A stretch of 64,000 nucleotides of DNA from Tubiluchus corallicola. Its lineage: Eukaryota; Animalia; Priapulida. Position numbers and translations under genes: made by a program. The stretch spans positions 124,001 through 188,000 of the forward strand of contig JAQGDQ010000449.1 of the NCBI GenBank assembly GCA_030141605.1, given 5' to 3'. Positions 13,301-24,613 of this stretch are shown here, piece after piece (within the stretch, counting starts at the first letter, position 1; each line of letters starts with the position of its first letter). The notes under the pieces were generated by a model. That model ran no database searches and was not told where the DNA came from. It saw nothing but the letters and a program-made list of their open reading frames with translations.

Positions 13301-16300
13301 GGCTGACGTTGTAGTTAACTGTACCAGCATAGTGAACAATACCAAAATGAGCTTCAGCTTGTGTCCCCTTTGGTGGTTTGGGCTTAATAAATGGCGCTGA
13401 TTTTCCCAAATGATTATCCATTAACTTCTGAAGGAAAGTCATATCCGTAGCTTTGGGAAACATGGATTCTTCTTCAAGGATAGCAAAAACGCCCATTGGT
13501 CTCTCAATCATGTCAATACAAGCTTGCAGATCAAGGCCAAAGTCGATAAAGGTCCACTCTATTCCTTCACGTTTGTATTCCTCTTGTTCCAGGACAAACA
13601 TGTGGTGATTGAAAAACTGCTGCAATTTTTCATTTGTAAAGTTAATGCAAATCTGCTCAAAACCGTTGAAATCAAAAATCTCAAAACCAGCAATATCCAA
13701 CACACCAATGAAGAACTGCTTTTTTATGTTGGTTGCTAGAGTTTCGTTAACTTTTGTAACCAGCCAGACAAACATACGATTATACATTGCTTTTGCCAAC
13801 GCTCCCACAGCGTAGTAGACCTGGTCTTTGTTTTGACCTTTGGTGACATACTCATTTCCGACTTTCACTCGAGGTTTCAACAAGCCCTTGTAAAGATCAG
13901 CATCTGACACTCCAACCAAGTGAGCTACTTTTCCTCCAGTTTCCATTCCATCTGCTTCCGCTTGCTCTTCACGAGCTCTCTGTTTGAATTGCATCGTTCC
14001 CATGTGCATTACAGCGCCTACTATTTTGTATATACAGGTCTTTTCTTCTTCGTTGAAGCCCAAAATGTCAAAGGCTTCCTGCAAAAAACAAAAGGACATT
14101 CTTGTCGTTTTTTCTGTTTTGTTTTGATTATTAATCTACTGTATTCGATAATCGTAGGAACGTTTTCTTAGAATATATTTCTACACTTTACATTTCATTC
14201 CAAATTACACTAAATTATTTTATAGTGAAAAATAATTATTTTTGTTATTGCAATAGTAACTTTTGGTATTTTACAGTTGAAAAAAACAAGCAGAAATGGA
14301 ATGCTATATAACCCTGCACATGTAGACACAAATTTGTAGTAGCATTTGGGAAATATGTTGAAATCATCCTATAAATTTTGATCACAGCTTACATCTGTGG
14401 CTCGCATTTCTTCTCCGTCGTCCACCCCATCAATATAAGTTTTTCCTTGCGCAATGAAGTAATAGTGGTCTACTGGTTGATCCAAAAGAAGTTGGTCTGA
14501 AGTAAAAATGCCAACATAAATTGTTTTATACACTCTTATACTCAAAGCAAGAATAATAACGAAAAGAAACAAGAAAACTGTTATTCATGAGTGTCCATAA
14601 ACTCGTAATAGAACAAGTAAGCCTGTAATGTTGGTTCCATGTAACGTTTGGGTAGTCACTACAGTCAATATTAATGTTACACAGTTTCAGTAAATTAGTT
14701 GCTTAAATTAAGAAGCTCGGAAAATGAAAACGATAAAGTGAAGTTTGAGTAACTAACTTGTTATTCCTTCTCGATACATGATACCCTTATCATAAACCTA
14801 TTATTACACAAAGAGTTATCAAATTTCCAAAATTGCATCAGATATCAAATTTCCTGAAAATATTCAAATTAAATGGAAAAGTAAATTATAAAAGTATAAG
14901 TATAAGTAAAAGTATATAAGTATAAATTACACTTTTATGTTCTTTTTCGGTAAGCTCTCTGAGCTTTGTCTAGATCCATTCAATGAAGAACTACTTGAAT
15001 TCTGGTATAATGCATAATGATACCAATGCATGCTTATTTCATATACAAGTATCTTGTTTTCATGTGGGTTGTTTCATTTTCAGCCTTTTATAATTTATGC
15101 TCTATTTATGTAGCTAAAGATTTAGCTTCTGTAAAGTTAAATTCTTTCTTTAATTTTATGCATTGAAATATCGATTCTTGATTTTTCCTAATCGTCTAAA
15201 AGTCTAAAATAACAAAAGATATGCATACCTTTAAGCTTGGCAAGCCCACCAGATGGAATCTGGTAAAATATGTGATATGATCTTTCTTTGGGAGCCTGGG
15301 AAATAATTCTAGACTTCTCCAACAAATAGGATTCGATATCAGCACCAGCCAGTTTACCAGAGGGGCCAAAATGGATACGGATAAATTTACCCTAAATATT
15401 TAAAATTAGAAATTTGATACAGTGTATAATATATAATTTCAATATGGCATGCAAGAACAATTTTAAAAAACAATGACTAAAACGCAATGTTCACAGCTAG
15501 TCGTATAATTTACTATAAAAACCGACAAATTGCCAAATCATGCTTCTTTCTGTTTACCAACTAGCCTTTAATCCAGAAAAAATATCAAATTCAATTTTAT
15601 TTAGGAAAATGAATTTAATTTTCAAAATATAGTGAAAAAAGAATAAAAATACTTTGGAATTGGGAATTGGAGTACATTTGGAATTAAAGATATCCAGCAA
15701 ACAGAGCCAGCCATCGCCCCCTTCCAAAAAAACTTGGTTTGAAACTCGCTTAGGTTCTTCTTGTCCATCTTTTTGATATGTGAAATTTAAACTACACATG
15801 GCTTATTACAGAACAAGAAAACAGTACACAGAAACAATGTTTGCGCGAATAATTATAGAACAAACTTACGAATCGAGATGAGTTGTCATTTCTCACAGTC
15901 TTGGCATTGCCAAAACTCTCCAGTACAGGATTAGCTTGCACAATCTGATCTTCTAGGGTACCCTGAAAATGGGTCAAAATTAGAAGGAATCATTCGATTT
16001 TTTCTCTTTGAAACGTTTATTTATGAAGACGAGACTGTAAAAATACACGTGTATATACAACGTGCTTAAGAACAGTAACTCATTTTGGATCACAACTAAT
16101 TAAAATAGAAATGGTAAATGGAGACTAGAGGCAAGTTTTCCTTTATGATGATATGAAGTGATGTTATGAAATTGATGTTTGGTAGAGATACGTACATTAA
16201 TTTATTCTTTATTATTGATAACAGTTCTTTATTCGACTGCAGCTTGAATGTTTAAACATTTTGCGCTTTACAGCCCACACTACGTCAACATTATCAAGTT

Positions 16301-19112
16301 TATCATCACTGGTGTAGGCCTACTCATTATAAAACTCTATAAGTATAAGCTGTTCAACAATAGATTCGGGAAAACCCACTTATAAAGGCATTCAAGACAA
16401 CAAAACAGAGTACTGTAGTCAGTGTTTCGAAGACCTACAACGAACCAACATGCGGACTTTGAAAATAAACAGATACGAACTTATTTTCAATACATCACAA
16501 CATCACACGCCATGCAAAATCCAAACAAGTGAAAGACAATGGGTGTAACAAAAACCACGCCTAGGTACATCATGACGTGTAACTGCAATGTCATTATATT
16601 TCAAATCATGCAGAAGTTCAATATCATGTTGGGCAGGGAATTTGGAAGCCATGCCAATGCTTCTCAGTGACGTTTGTGACGCGCAGACGACATCACAGTA
16701 GTACATACAAACTCCAGAGGCAGATACATAAAACAACAGGTAGCGGAAGCCACATTCGTGCACCAAAGCGTCACCTGCGACGTCGAAATCGCACCATGCA
16801 GAACGTCAGACACGGAGCTGACCAATAATGAAAACCACACTCGTGCGCACCAAAACGCCTAACGTAGCACCATGCAGAACGTCAGGCACGTAGTGGACAA
16901 ATAATGAAAACAACACTCATGTGCAAAAATGACCCCAGGATCAGAAAGTCACTCGCCATGCAAAAGTTCAGAAATACAGGAAACTGCACTGGAACACACA
17001 CGTGCAGTACAATGTCGTTTGAAGTTTCATGTCACATGTCATGCAAAAGAAACGAGATGCGTGGGGGAGGACTAAAACCACACTCGTGCATGATAAATTC
17101 TTCTGAAACGTCACGTCACGCTTTATACAAAAACAGGAGGGTGCATAGAAAAGGGAAACGGAAATCACGCCCGTGCATTTCTCTACCTGCTTGGCTGTCC
17201 TAGCTTTATCCGATTTAGAACCAGATGCGGCCACATGGGCAAAATATGAGATTACTTTCTTTGTGTTCTCTGTCTTTCCGGCACCAGATTCACCACTGTT
17301 TACAAAATTACAACATGAAGTGCAACCATTTTCAACATGCATTTTAATGACAACTTTATTGCGAATTTGCTGTCATTAATGAAGACTATAGTAACATCGT
17401 TAAATACCACTTCATGGTAATAAGAAATATATTTTACACATACGCTACGAAAAACTTACGTGATCAACATAGACTGGTCTTCACGATCTGAAAAAATTAA
17501 AACTCTTCATTGTGACCTGTTATTGCAATAATTGTTTAATTAAAATAACAGCAGCACAAGCGCTATGAGAAAACTTTTCGCACATAATTAATCGAGTTAT
17601 AAAATAAAGAAAATACTTACTCATCAACATGTCAGTGTACGCGTTATCGGCCACGGAGAACAAGTGAGGCGGCATCTCGGGTCTTCTTTTGCCTTTATAC
17701 TCGTTAATCACTTCTTGTGTGTAAATAGGCAATCTCTTGTAGGGATTAATTACCACACAGAACAGTCCAGAGTAGGTCTACAAAAAAGCAGGAATAATTT
17801 AATGAATGTATGCTTATATAACGGCTCGTGTGCACTTTTCCAAAAAAAGTTGCAAACAGACAATTTCTCCCGATTATTCTTTCTAGACACGATTAATCTA
17901 TCGTCTTCATATATTTAATATTTTAAACGGAGGATTTTGCTAACTTACATAGATCATCCACGCGTGATATCTCTGTCTCAAGTTGTGCAAAACCGACGCG
18001 TCGTTTAGGTACGTTAAGTTGGCCATGTCTTCCGTCTTCTCAAACTTCGGGGGATTACATTGCTGACAGTGATCCTTCTTCATTGTTTTTTCCTGTGTGA
18101 AAAAGGCTGATGCTGATTATTCATAGCCGCCCTTCTTAATTAATTGTACATTGTTGCTTAGAGGTGCAATAAAGCCCAAAAATATTATTTCAAATCCCGG
18201 TCAATGACAATTTTTTTGATTAAACATATTTTGTGAACGTACAATAAGATGGGTATAAAAACAAAGTTTACATATAATTTTAGTTTGATTAATAATTTAG
18301 GGTTTCCGTTGTTTGATTTCAGCATTATTTGGTTCATGATCGGCAGTTACAATGTGTTGCTCATGGTATAGACATTCGGTATAGACAGGCTTTTAATACA
18401 TTAAATTTCTACTGCGCAAGTGCATACTTGCTGCAGATTACTTCTCGTTAACCTTTGGGAGACGGTATATGACGATATAAAGCTGAGCGCTTACTGAAAT
18501 CATGGAAATAAATTAAATGGATCTTAACTTTCTCACCATTACTGAATCTGATGAGTAACAAATAAATCGACGGTCTATAAAAAGTGACACTTTAGGTCCT
18601 CTAATAATCCTGTTAGCTTCTGGCAATGATGCCCAGTTCAGGTATTTAAGACGCCCAATTTTAGACTTTTAGGTACCATCCTAATGTTCCTGTAATGATA
18701 AAATGCTCTTCTTTCGGCAGTAAGTAATAATCGGCAGGCAGTAAGATTCAATAATGGTGAGAAAGTTAAGATATGTTTGGTTTTATTTGCATGGGTGAAA
18801 AGGACCGTTTCATTCGGTGAAGTAAATTTGTTTTTTATTAAAAAAGTACCTTATTGGAAGGCTGTGAAATTTAAAATATATATTACTTACCTCGCCCCTT
18901 AGGATGATTGTAATCATGTCACCAGATGTCTCTTTTACTTCACCTATGGCATAACCTTCTTTCTTGTCAGGAACCCAGATATTCTTTTTAGCGTCCCATG
19001 GCATGTTCATTGTTTCCATGGCCATTTTCTGGCTGGGCTTCAAGAACTGCCACGGGTCCTGTTGCATCAACTCCTTGGCCCCCCATTGCAATGGTATGGC
19101 GTGGGGCAACAT
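7343..19112 (-). CDS. Mhc: Myosin II heavy chain, striated-muscle type (about 1959 aa, 16 coding exons)
   Basis: Exons in transcript order: 19112-18891, 18092-17949, 17777-17621, 17487-17460, 17295-17187, 15962-15870, 15391-15229, 14496-14393, 14078-13119, 12836-12631, 12524-11678, 11461-10827, 10655-10577, 10441-9996, 9761-8120, 7387-7343. Total 5880 nt, all GT-AG, phases consistent. Motifs: [15 protein letters not shown]-loop GESGAGKT, switch I NDNSSRFGKF, switch II DIAGFE, SH1/SH2 [18 protein letters not shown] region, [14 protein letters not shown], full coiled-coil rod. Confidence 0.96.
7764..8020. mobile_element. Degenerate MITE-like element (possibly PIF/Harbinger type) in the myosin intron after exon 9761-8120
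   Basis: Imperfect inverted ends (cccacacgct... / ...gcatcgtgtgcg). Internal aaaatccgtgtgtgacaaa and terminal tttgcatcgtgtgcg are shared with the copy at about 29595-29946. Confidence 0.5.
16500..17177 (-). repeat. Degenerate 8-unit intronic array (76-97 bp period) with two conserved motifs; candidate splicing or regulatory element
   Basis: Motif B (TGCATG on the transcript strand) at 16511, 16607, 16795, 16871, 16957, 17040, with variants TGTATG at 16704 and TGTATA at 17124. Motif A (TGCACGAGTGTGGTTTT-like) at about 16551, 16645, 16746, 16831, 16907, 16992, 17074, 17161. Spacers are mostly divergent. Confidence 0.8.
18501..18793. mobile_element. Foldback/MITE-like inverted repeat in the first coding-region intron of myosin
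   Basis: 18521-18549 ATCTTAACTTTCTCACCATTACTGAATCT pairs with 18744-18772 (28/29); weaker pairing continues outward; TTAA in both arms. Confidence 0.7.
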
Positions 19113-19818
19113 GGTTTGGGGCTAATAATGAAATCTAGCTGTACCTAAACCGTCTCGACTGCACGACTGCCAACAGAACAGCCGAAAGCTCGTCTGAAAA
19201 ATTAATCATTAAGTAAATAAATACTTTATAAGCTATACTATCTTAACTAGACTATGTTATACTATCTGTTTTCTAAACCTACCTGCTCATGCACTCACCT
19301 TGCATTTTTGAAGTAATGCGTGTTTCGCATATTTTTGAAAGATTATTCTGTATGTGACTAACAACTTTCGTTTAAACTAACATGATGCGTGATACATGTC
19401 TAATACAAACATTTTTACAAAGTTATTGTAGAACAAATGCCTAAAACACAATTGCGTTAGCTAATCACCTGACTTATGAGCATCATACTCAGCAAAACTA
19501 AAGCATGCATGTTTTCTAAATACGTATTAACTGTATCATGCATAATTATTTTCTACTGTTTTCCGTGAATCAGCGGAGCGTTGTGTTGACTTCATTATAA
19601 GACTTTGAAAACTGTTCTTTTGCAAAATAGAGCACTAAATTTAACAAACAAAAGTACTTTGTTATAACCGACTATATATTTCCGAATATTTATGAAAATT
19701 ATGTCAGCTAACTTGGTATGAAAAACTCTTAACCGAGAACAACAAAACAAAACAGATTCAAGTAAAATTCACAGCAAAACTCGCAAATTAAACATTCAAT
19801 TAATGTACTGATACATAC

Positions 19819-19868
19819 AAAAGCATGAACCGTTCTGTGCTGAGAGGTTCAAGTGGGGCGGTTTTATA
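19819..19868 (-). promoter_or_regulatory. Candidate myosin core promoter (TATA box, Inr-like site) and ~20-nt non-coding first exon
   Basis: Minus strand reads TATAAAA (19868-19862), TCAGCAC about 25-30 nt downstream, then a GTATGT donor at 19818. The ATG exon has an acceptor (ttttcag|A) at 19193, implying an upstream UTR exon. Confidence 0.45.
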
Positions 19869-22800
19869 TGAAAATTAATTCATATCCCACCTAAACTTGT
19901 CCTCTAACGTTGTCACAGTATGATTGGGTTCACATAGTTGGTAGGTCGAGCTACCCTACCCCTCAGCCAATTGCATTCAGCGTTACATCCCCGCTTCCCT
20001 CCCATCATGTTTTTCATCATCAAGGCGCGGTCATCACTAATTGTATACCCCTTTAGGTCGGATGCGTAAATCAAGGGGCATTTGCAAACTGATACGGCAC
20101 ACAGCGTATAGCTGCTTGCTCCGAAATTCCTCTGGTCGCTTGAAAGGTCTGCATGACGCGTGGCAGCACGTGGAAAAGCACAGTGACAGATCTGATGTTT
20201 TAGTGAGGTTTTCCTGCCAAGAAAGACAGGTTCATAGTCTACACTAATTGTATTGTGTGGATTACACTCATTTGATATACATCAAACAATTAATTCGGAA
20301 ATGCTGAAAAGCTTTTGATACGGAAAATCTAAACATTATTTATTTGATCAATTTCAGTTCAGTTAAATGAGACAAATGCTATAAAACAACAGTTCACTTA
20401 TTTTTTGGAAAACTGGGTTTAGACAAGCTCAGATCTGGCAGGAATCTCAGCTTAATGTAAAATAGAAAGAGCAGCGAAACGATATGAATATATAACTTTC
20501 AGACGTAGGTAACATAAAGCAAACTAAAAACGTTAAATTTTTGTTTACATACCACATCCGTAGAATTAAAAGTTGGGAAGTATCCATTATATTCAAAACT
20601 CATATCCTATTAGCCATTATTTTACAAGCGATCCTTAACTGCATTAAACTGCATTAAGGAAAGAAATAAATAGCGCATGATCGACGCCCACGTGATGTAG
20701 AGATCGACGTTAAAAGTCATTGGGTTTTGTCAGCGTTTCTGTCTGCTCAGTACTTACTAACGAACTCTCAGCCCAATTGCAGAATAAAAAGAAATACACT
20801 TTGTTTACTGGCTTAGGCTAAGTTTGTAAAAAAGGTTACCAAACACAGTAGCTTGCTCAGTTCATTAGCATCACAACCGAATTTTACTAAACGATGCTTA
20901 CTCAGTGCCTTTAATTCAGTGTGAACGATTTGATTCACTTAAGGACGTGGTTGCCATTTTGCTTGCTGATTTCAAAATTTGGGCGTTTGACGACAATTGA
21001 TAAGCCTTAACCTTCGACGACGGCTTTTTCCAAGCAAATATCCAAGTCTAAAATGATAACAGATAAATTACTTTCATCACCTGCATGAAGTAGACTTGCA
21101 TTGTTTCCATTTAAACAATTCTGAATCCGACGAGTTAGGAAAGGACAGCCATCCTATAATTTCGCTTTCTTTCTTTATCCTTTATAAGTTACTTTTATAA
21201 AAATCCAAGTTCTGAAAAATGCCGGGGCCATATATTCTTAATAATCCAGGTCCTTTACATTCTCTGTCGATCAGTTGCCCTTTTGCTACTTTCGTGTTCC
21301 TACACAGTGTATTCGTATCTGAATTTATTTAGAAAATTAACACTGCTTAGGTTTTTCTGAAATTTTGGTCCATTTCAAAGCTTTGCTTGCTTTCATAACC
21401 TTCAATACAATAGTGCAACCTAATAGGCGCCATGTGGTTTTTATTCGACAGCTTTGACATGCTCGTAGTAGTACCATATGTGCATGTCAAGAAGGGCTTC
21501 ACTGATCTGTGATTATACTTGTGATTAAATGACAATCACCGTATCAGTTCTTATTTTCCTTTTCGTTTATTTTCATTATTTCAATGATGCTGTTCGATTT
21601 TTAACTTAAAATACTTTACTATAAATGGTTGCAATTTATGTAGGGCATACGCTTTTTGTCATACATTGTCACTACAATACGCGCTTCTATTTCTGTTTTG
21701 TTTGTTCCAACTTACACATGTCAAGCATCCATCACCAACTATCATACCATTCAAGTGTCCAGTGCTCAGTAAACAAGTCACGTTTAGATATCTCGAGCAC
21801 AGGGAAATCATTTATTAAGATTCTGTAACACAGGCAGAATTTTCTTGAAACTCAACCGTTTATTATTACTCTCCGCTACAATACGTAATAACTCCAGAAC
21901 CAGACTACCTAGGTCACACAACTTCCAGGATAGCTCCTCGGGGTAGGGTCTCCATGGGATCTCAGGTCAAAGAGTCAAGGACACTGGACATCAGCTGTTT
22001 TATCGATTAGCACTCAACTCCTCCGGCTTTGAGTTAAATTCAGTTTTTCCACAATTATTTAGATCTTGTGGTGTAGATGTGCATTAGGTATTTTAGAGAA
22101 ATTGGGGTTCCGAGTTAAGAGCCAAAATGTAAATATTTGGGCAAACAGCTTTGTCGCTCAGCTTCTCTTAGAGTATAAGACTAGGAATCAATGTTTATAC
22201 ATATATATAGATAGTCTGGCAGGTGTAGATGTTCATTAAGTACTATTCGAAAAGTAGGCGAAGTCACGTGACATAGACGAAAGTGTTAAAACAGAGTAAA
22301 CAAGCTGGAGTCATAAAATGTACAGGATGCAACCTTGTGTAAGGATACAGTTAACAGAGTATTGATGACACGTGTTTATCGGAGCAAGGACAGTAGACAT
22401 ATACTAATTTTTCGAAAGTCTCTACTCCCACAATTGGGCTAGGACCACAACTTTTAAGATGTGGCTAGATGGGCCCAAGTTCTTATGCGTGACTGAGTTC
22501 CGGTCATTTGGATAGTGAAAAAATTTTCCGCTAAGAGCCAAAAACTGAAAATGGGTGGGTGGATATTTTTCCAGTCTTGAAGAATAGTGGCTTGTAGTAC
22601 ATCAAATGAAAGTCTTGACGAGACAAATTGAACGATATAGGTTGGCACGAGATTGGTTGACTTCTGACCCAAGATACAAATGTGACGAACTACGATTTCA
22701 TTGAAATGAAATGCAGTTTTTAGGTAATCTGGCTTGGCGAATTTATTGAAGACAATATTAAGACCTTCAGACCGAAGACCCTTGAGGTTGCGTGTCCGAA

Positions 22801-24564
22801 GGTAGCATTTTCCAATTTCAACAAAGCGAAATGCAGCTATGTTACTTTAAAGTAATGTAAAATATCACATTGTACTACAGTACATTACTTTACAACATTC
22901 TATTACATCACCTTACACTTGCAGAACGTATTGCAGATTCCATGGCTTATAACTTTGTCATAAACGCTTTTCTAATTTATTTTGTAAGCTCTTGTAATAA
23001 TTTTTTACTAAAAGTGTTAACAAGAACATCTCTAAATTGTAAAAATAGAAATTTGTCTAATTTATAAACAATTGGGGCAACACCAACAGAAGATTCCCTG
23101 ATGATGTCTTGAGGAGTAACAGTAGCTTTAACATTAATTATAATAATGCCATGGATAAACATCTTTTTATTAGTGACTTTGGTAACACTCTTAAAATTAT
23201 TAAAACCAGCCTTGAGGCCAGAGGACAAATATGGCCGTGAATACTACATTGAGAAGGACATTTTAGTTTCTTGTCAGTTCTACGGGAAATACTCAGAATG
23301 TGTTTTTGTGCTTCAAAAACATAGAAACACACGTTCTTGTTATTATCATCCAAATAGCCAAGTTTAATTGGCAATTGAGGACGTATAATTATTTGCTTTT
23401 ACTTTTTTGTAGTGCAATGTGTTTTGGTAAAGCAGAAAATCAAGGTTATCATTACACACAATATTATTACACACTGCCACATTACTGCGTTGGAAACTGG
23501 CTGTATACAAATAAAGAACCTGATTGTGAGTTAAACTAAAGTCTAATTTAAACAAAACAAACGTTGAGTGCTAATTAAAATTGCGCCTTATAATATGCAT
23601 GAGTAACATCCACAAATTTCAGCTGCTGATACAGAAGGCTGGCCGTGTTCTTACCTGAGAACGAAAAGTAAGGATATGAATCAATCCATATTTCTCATGG
23701 ACGAAATGGGCACCATGTGTTTTAGCGAACCCACAAGTAACCTAGAGCCGCAAACCCAGTATTTCCTAATCGCTGATCATAGACAGATTTTCTACTCGTG
23801 AAGGCAATTCCGGAAGTCCTGGATTAGTGTAAACAGCAGAATAGCAAAGTCCACATAACATAACGGTTGGTTTCCAGTAGTACGTAACCTATTGTTGGTG
23901 CTGCAAAAGCTATTCTACCTTTTTAAAAAGGTTTATGTACATGGCTTATAAAATTCACTATTATCAATTTTACGATTTATTTTCATTTTTCACCATCTAT
24001 CTTGAAAGCTATTGTAATTAAAATTAACTATAAACTATAGCTATTAAGGTTAGAAGCCCAAAGGATCTGTGAACTATGCTCCCCGCCTCCTAGGGATGAG
24101 GAATGTCACCTTAGCTTCAGATACTTCATTTTTTCGTGAAAAAAAACGTGTTACGCTGTGTCAAACCAAACACTGAAACTAAAACAGGACGTATAAGAAA
24201 AGCAAACCCGTCTGTTTTCTTTTTGAAAATTTTTTAACAAGTTTCAACTGACAAAACATTGACAAAGCCGTGCAGTTGTTTAACGCTGATCTCAGCTGTG
24301 TTGATAAGACGCCTAGCAGCACTTAGACGATGATTACTGAATACCGTCTTATCAATGCTATTCAATGTTGGGGTTAGCAAGTTTGAAAGAATGTTCCAAC
24401 ATTCCAGCTCAATCTCTTAAGAGTTGAGACACAATATGCCCAGATGTCCACGGATTCATTTGGTGAAGAGATTATGTTCGCTATTCGAAAATGGAATAGC
24501 CAATTGGAAAAATAGCATTAGTACTCGATGTTGTGAAGACGCTTTCTAGCGTAGAAATCCCTCT

Positions 24565-24569
24565 ATATA

Positions 24570-24612
<43 letters not shown>
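24565..24612. repeat. (TA)n microsatellite
   Basis: TA run preceded by tacatacata. Confidence 0.9.

Positions 24613-24613
<1 letters not shown>

Noticed and set aside
15554-15799. Possible alternative myosin exon (KDGQEEPKR...)
   Set aside because: Lies between SSRF and GKF in switch I, where no insertion is tolerated; no myosin similarity and no matching splice sites.
16500-17177. CRISPR-like repeat-spacer or snoRNA/miRNA-cluster reading of the intronic array
   Set aside because: Repeats are too degenerate and bipartite, the context is a eukaryotic intron with no cas genes, and I saw no consistent C/D or H/ACA boxes or clean pre-miRNA stems by eye (folding not computed).
22870-23560. Cluster of short ORFs between myosin and CPS
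   Set aside because: No recognisable domain or consistent splice structure.
23654-23900. Exon-like segment on the minus strand with acceptor and CAG|GTAAGA donor
   Set aside because: Stop codons in all three frames and no partner exons; at most non-coding.
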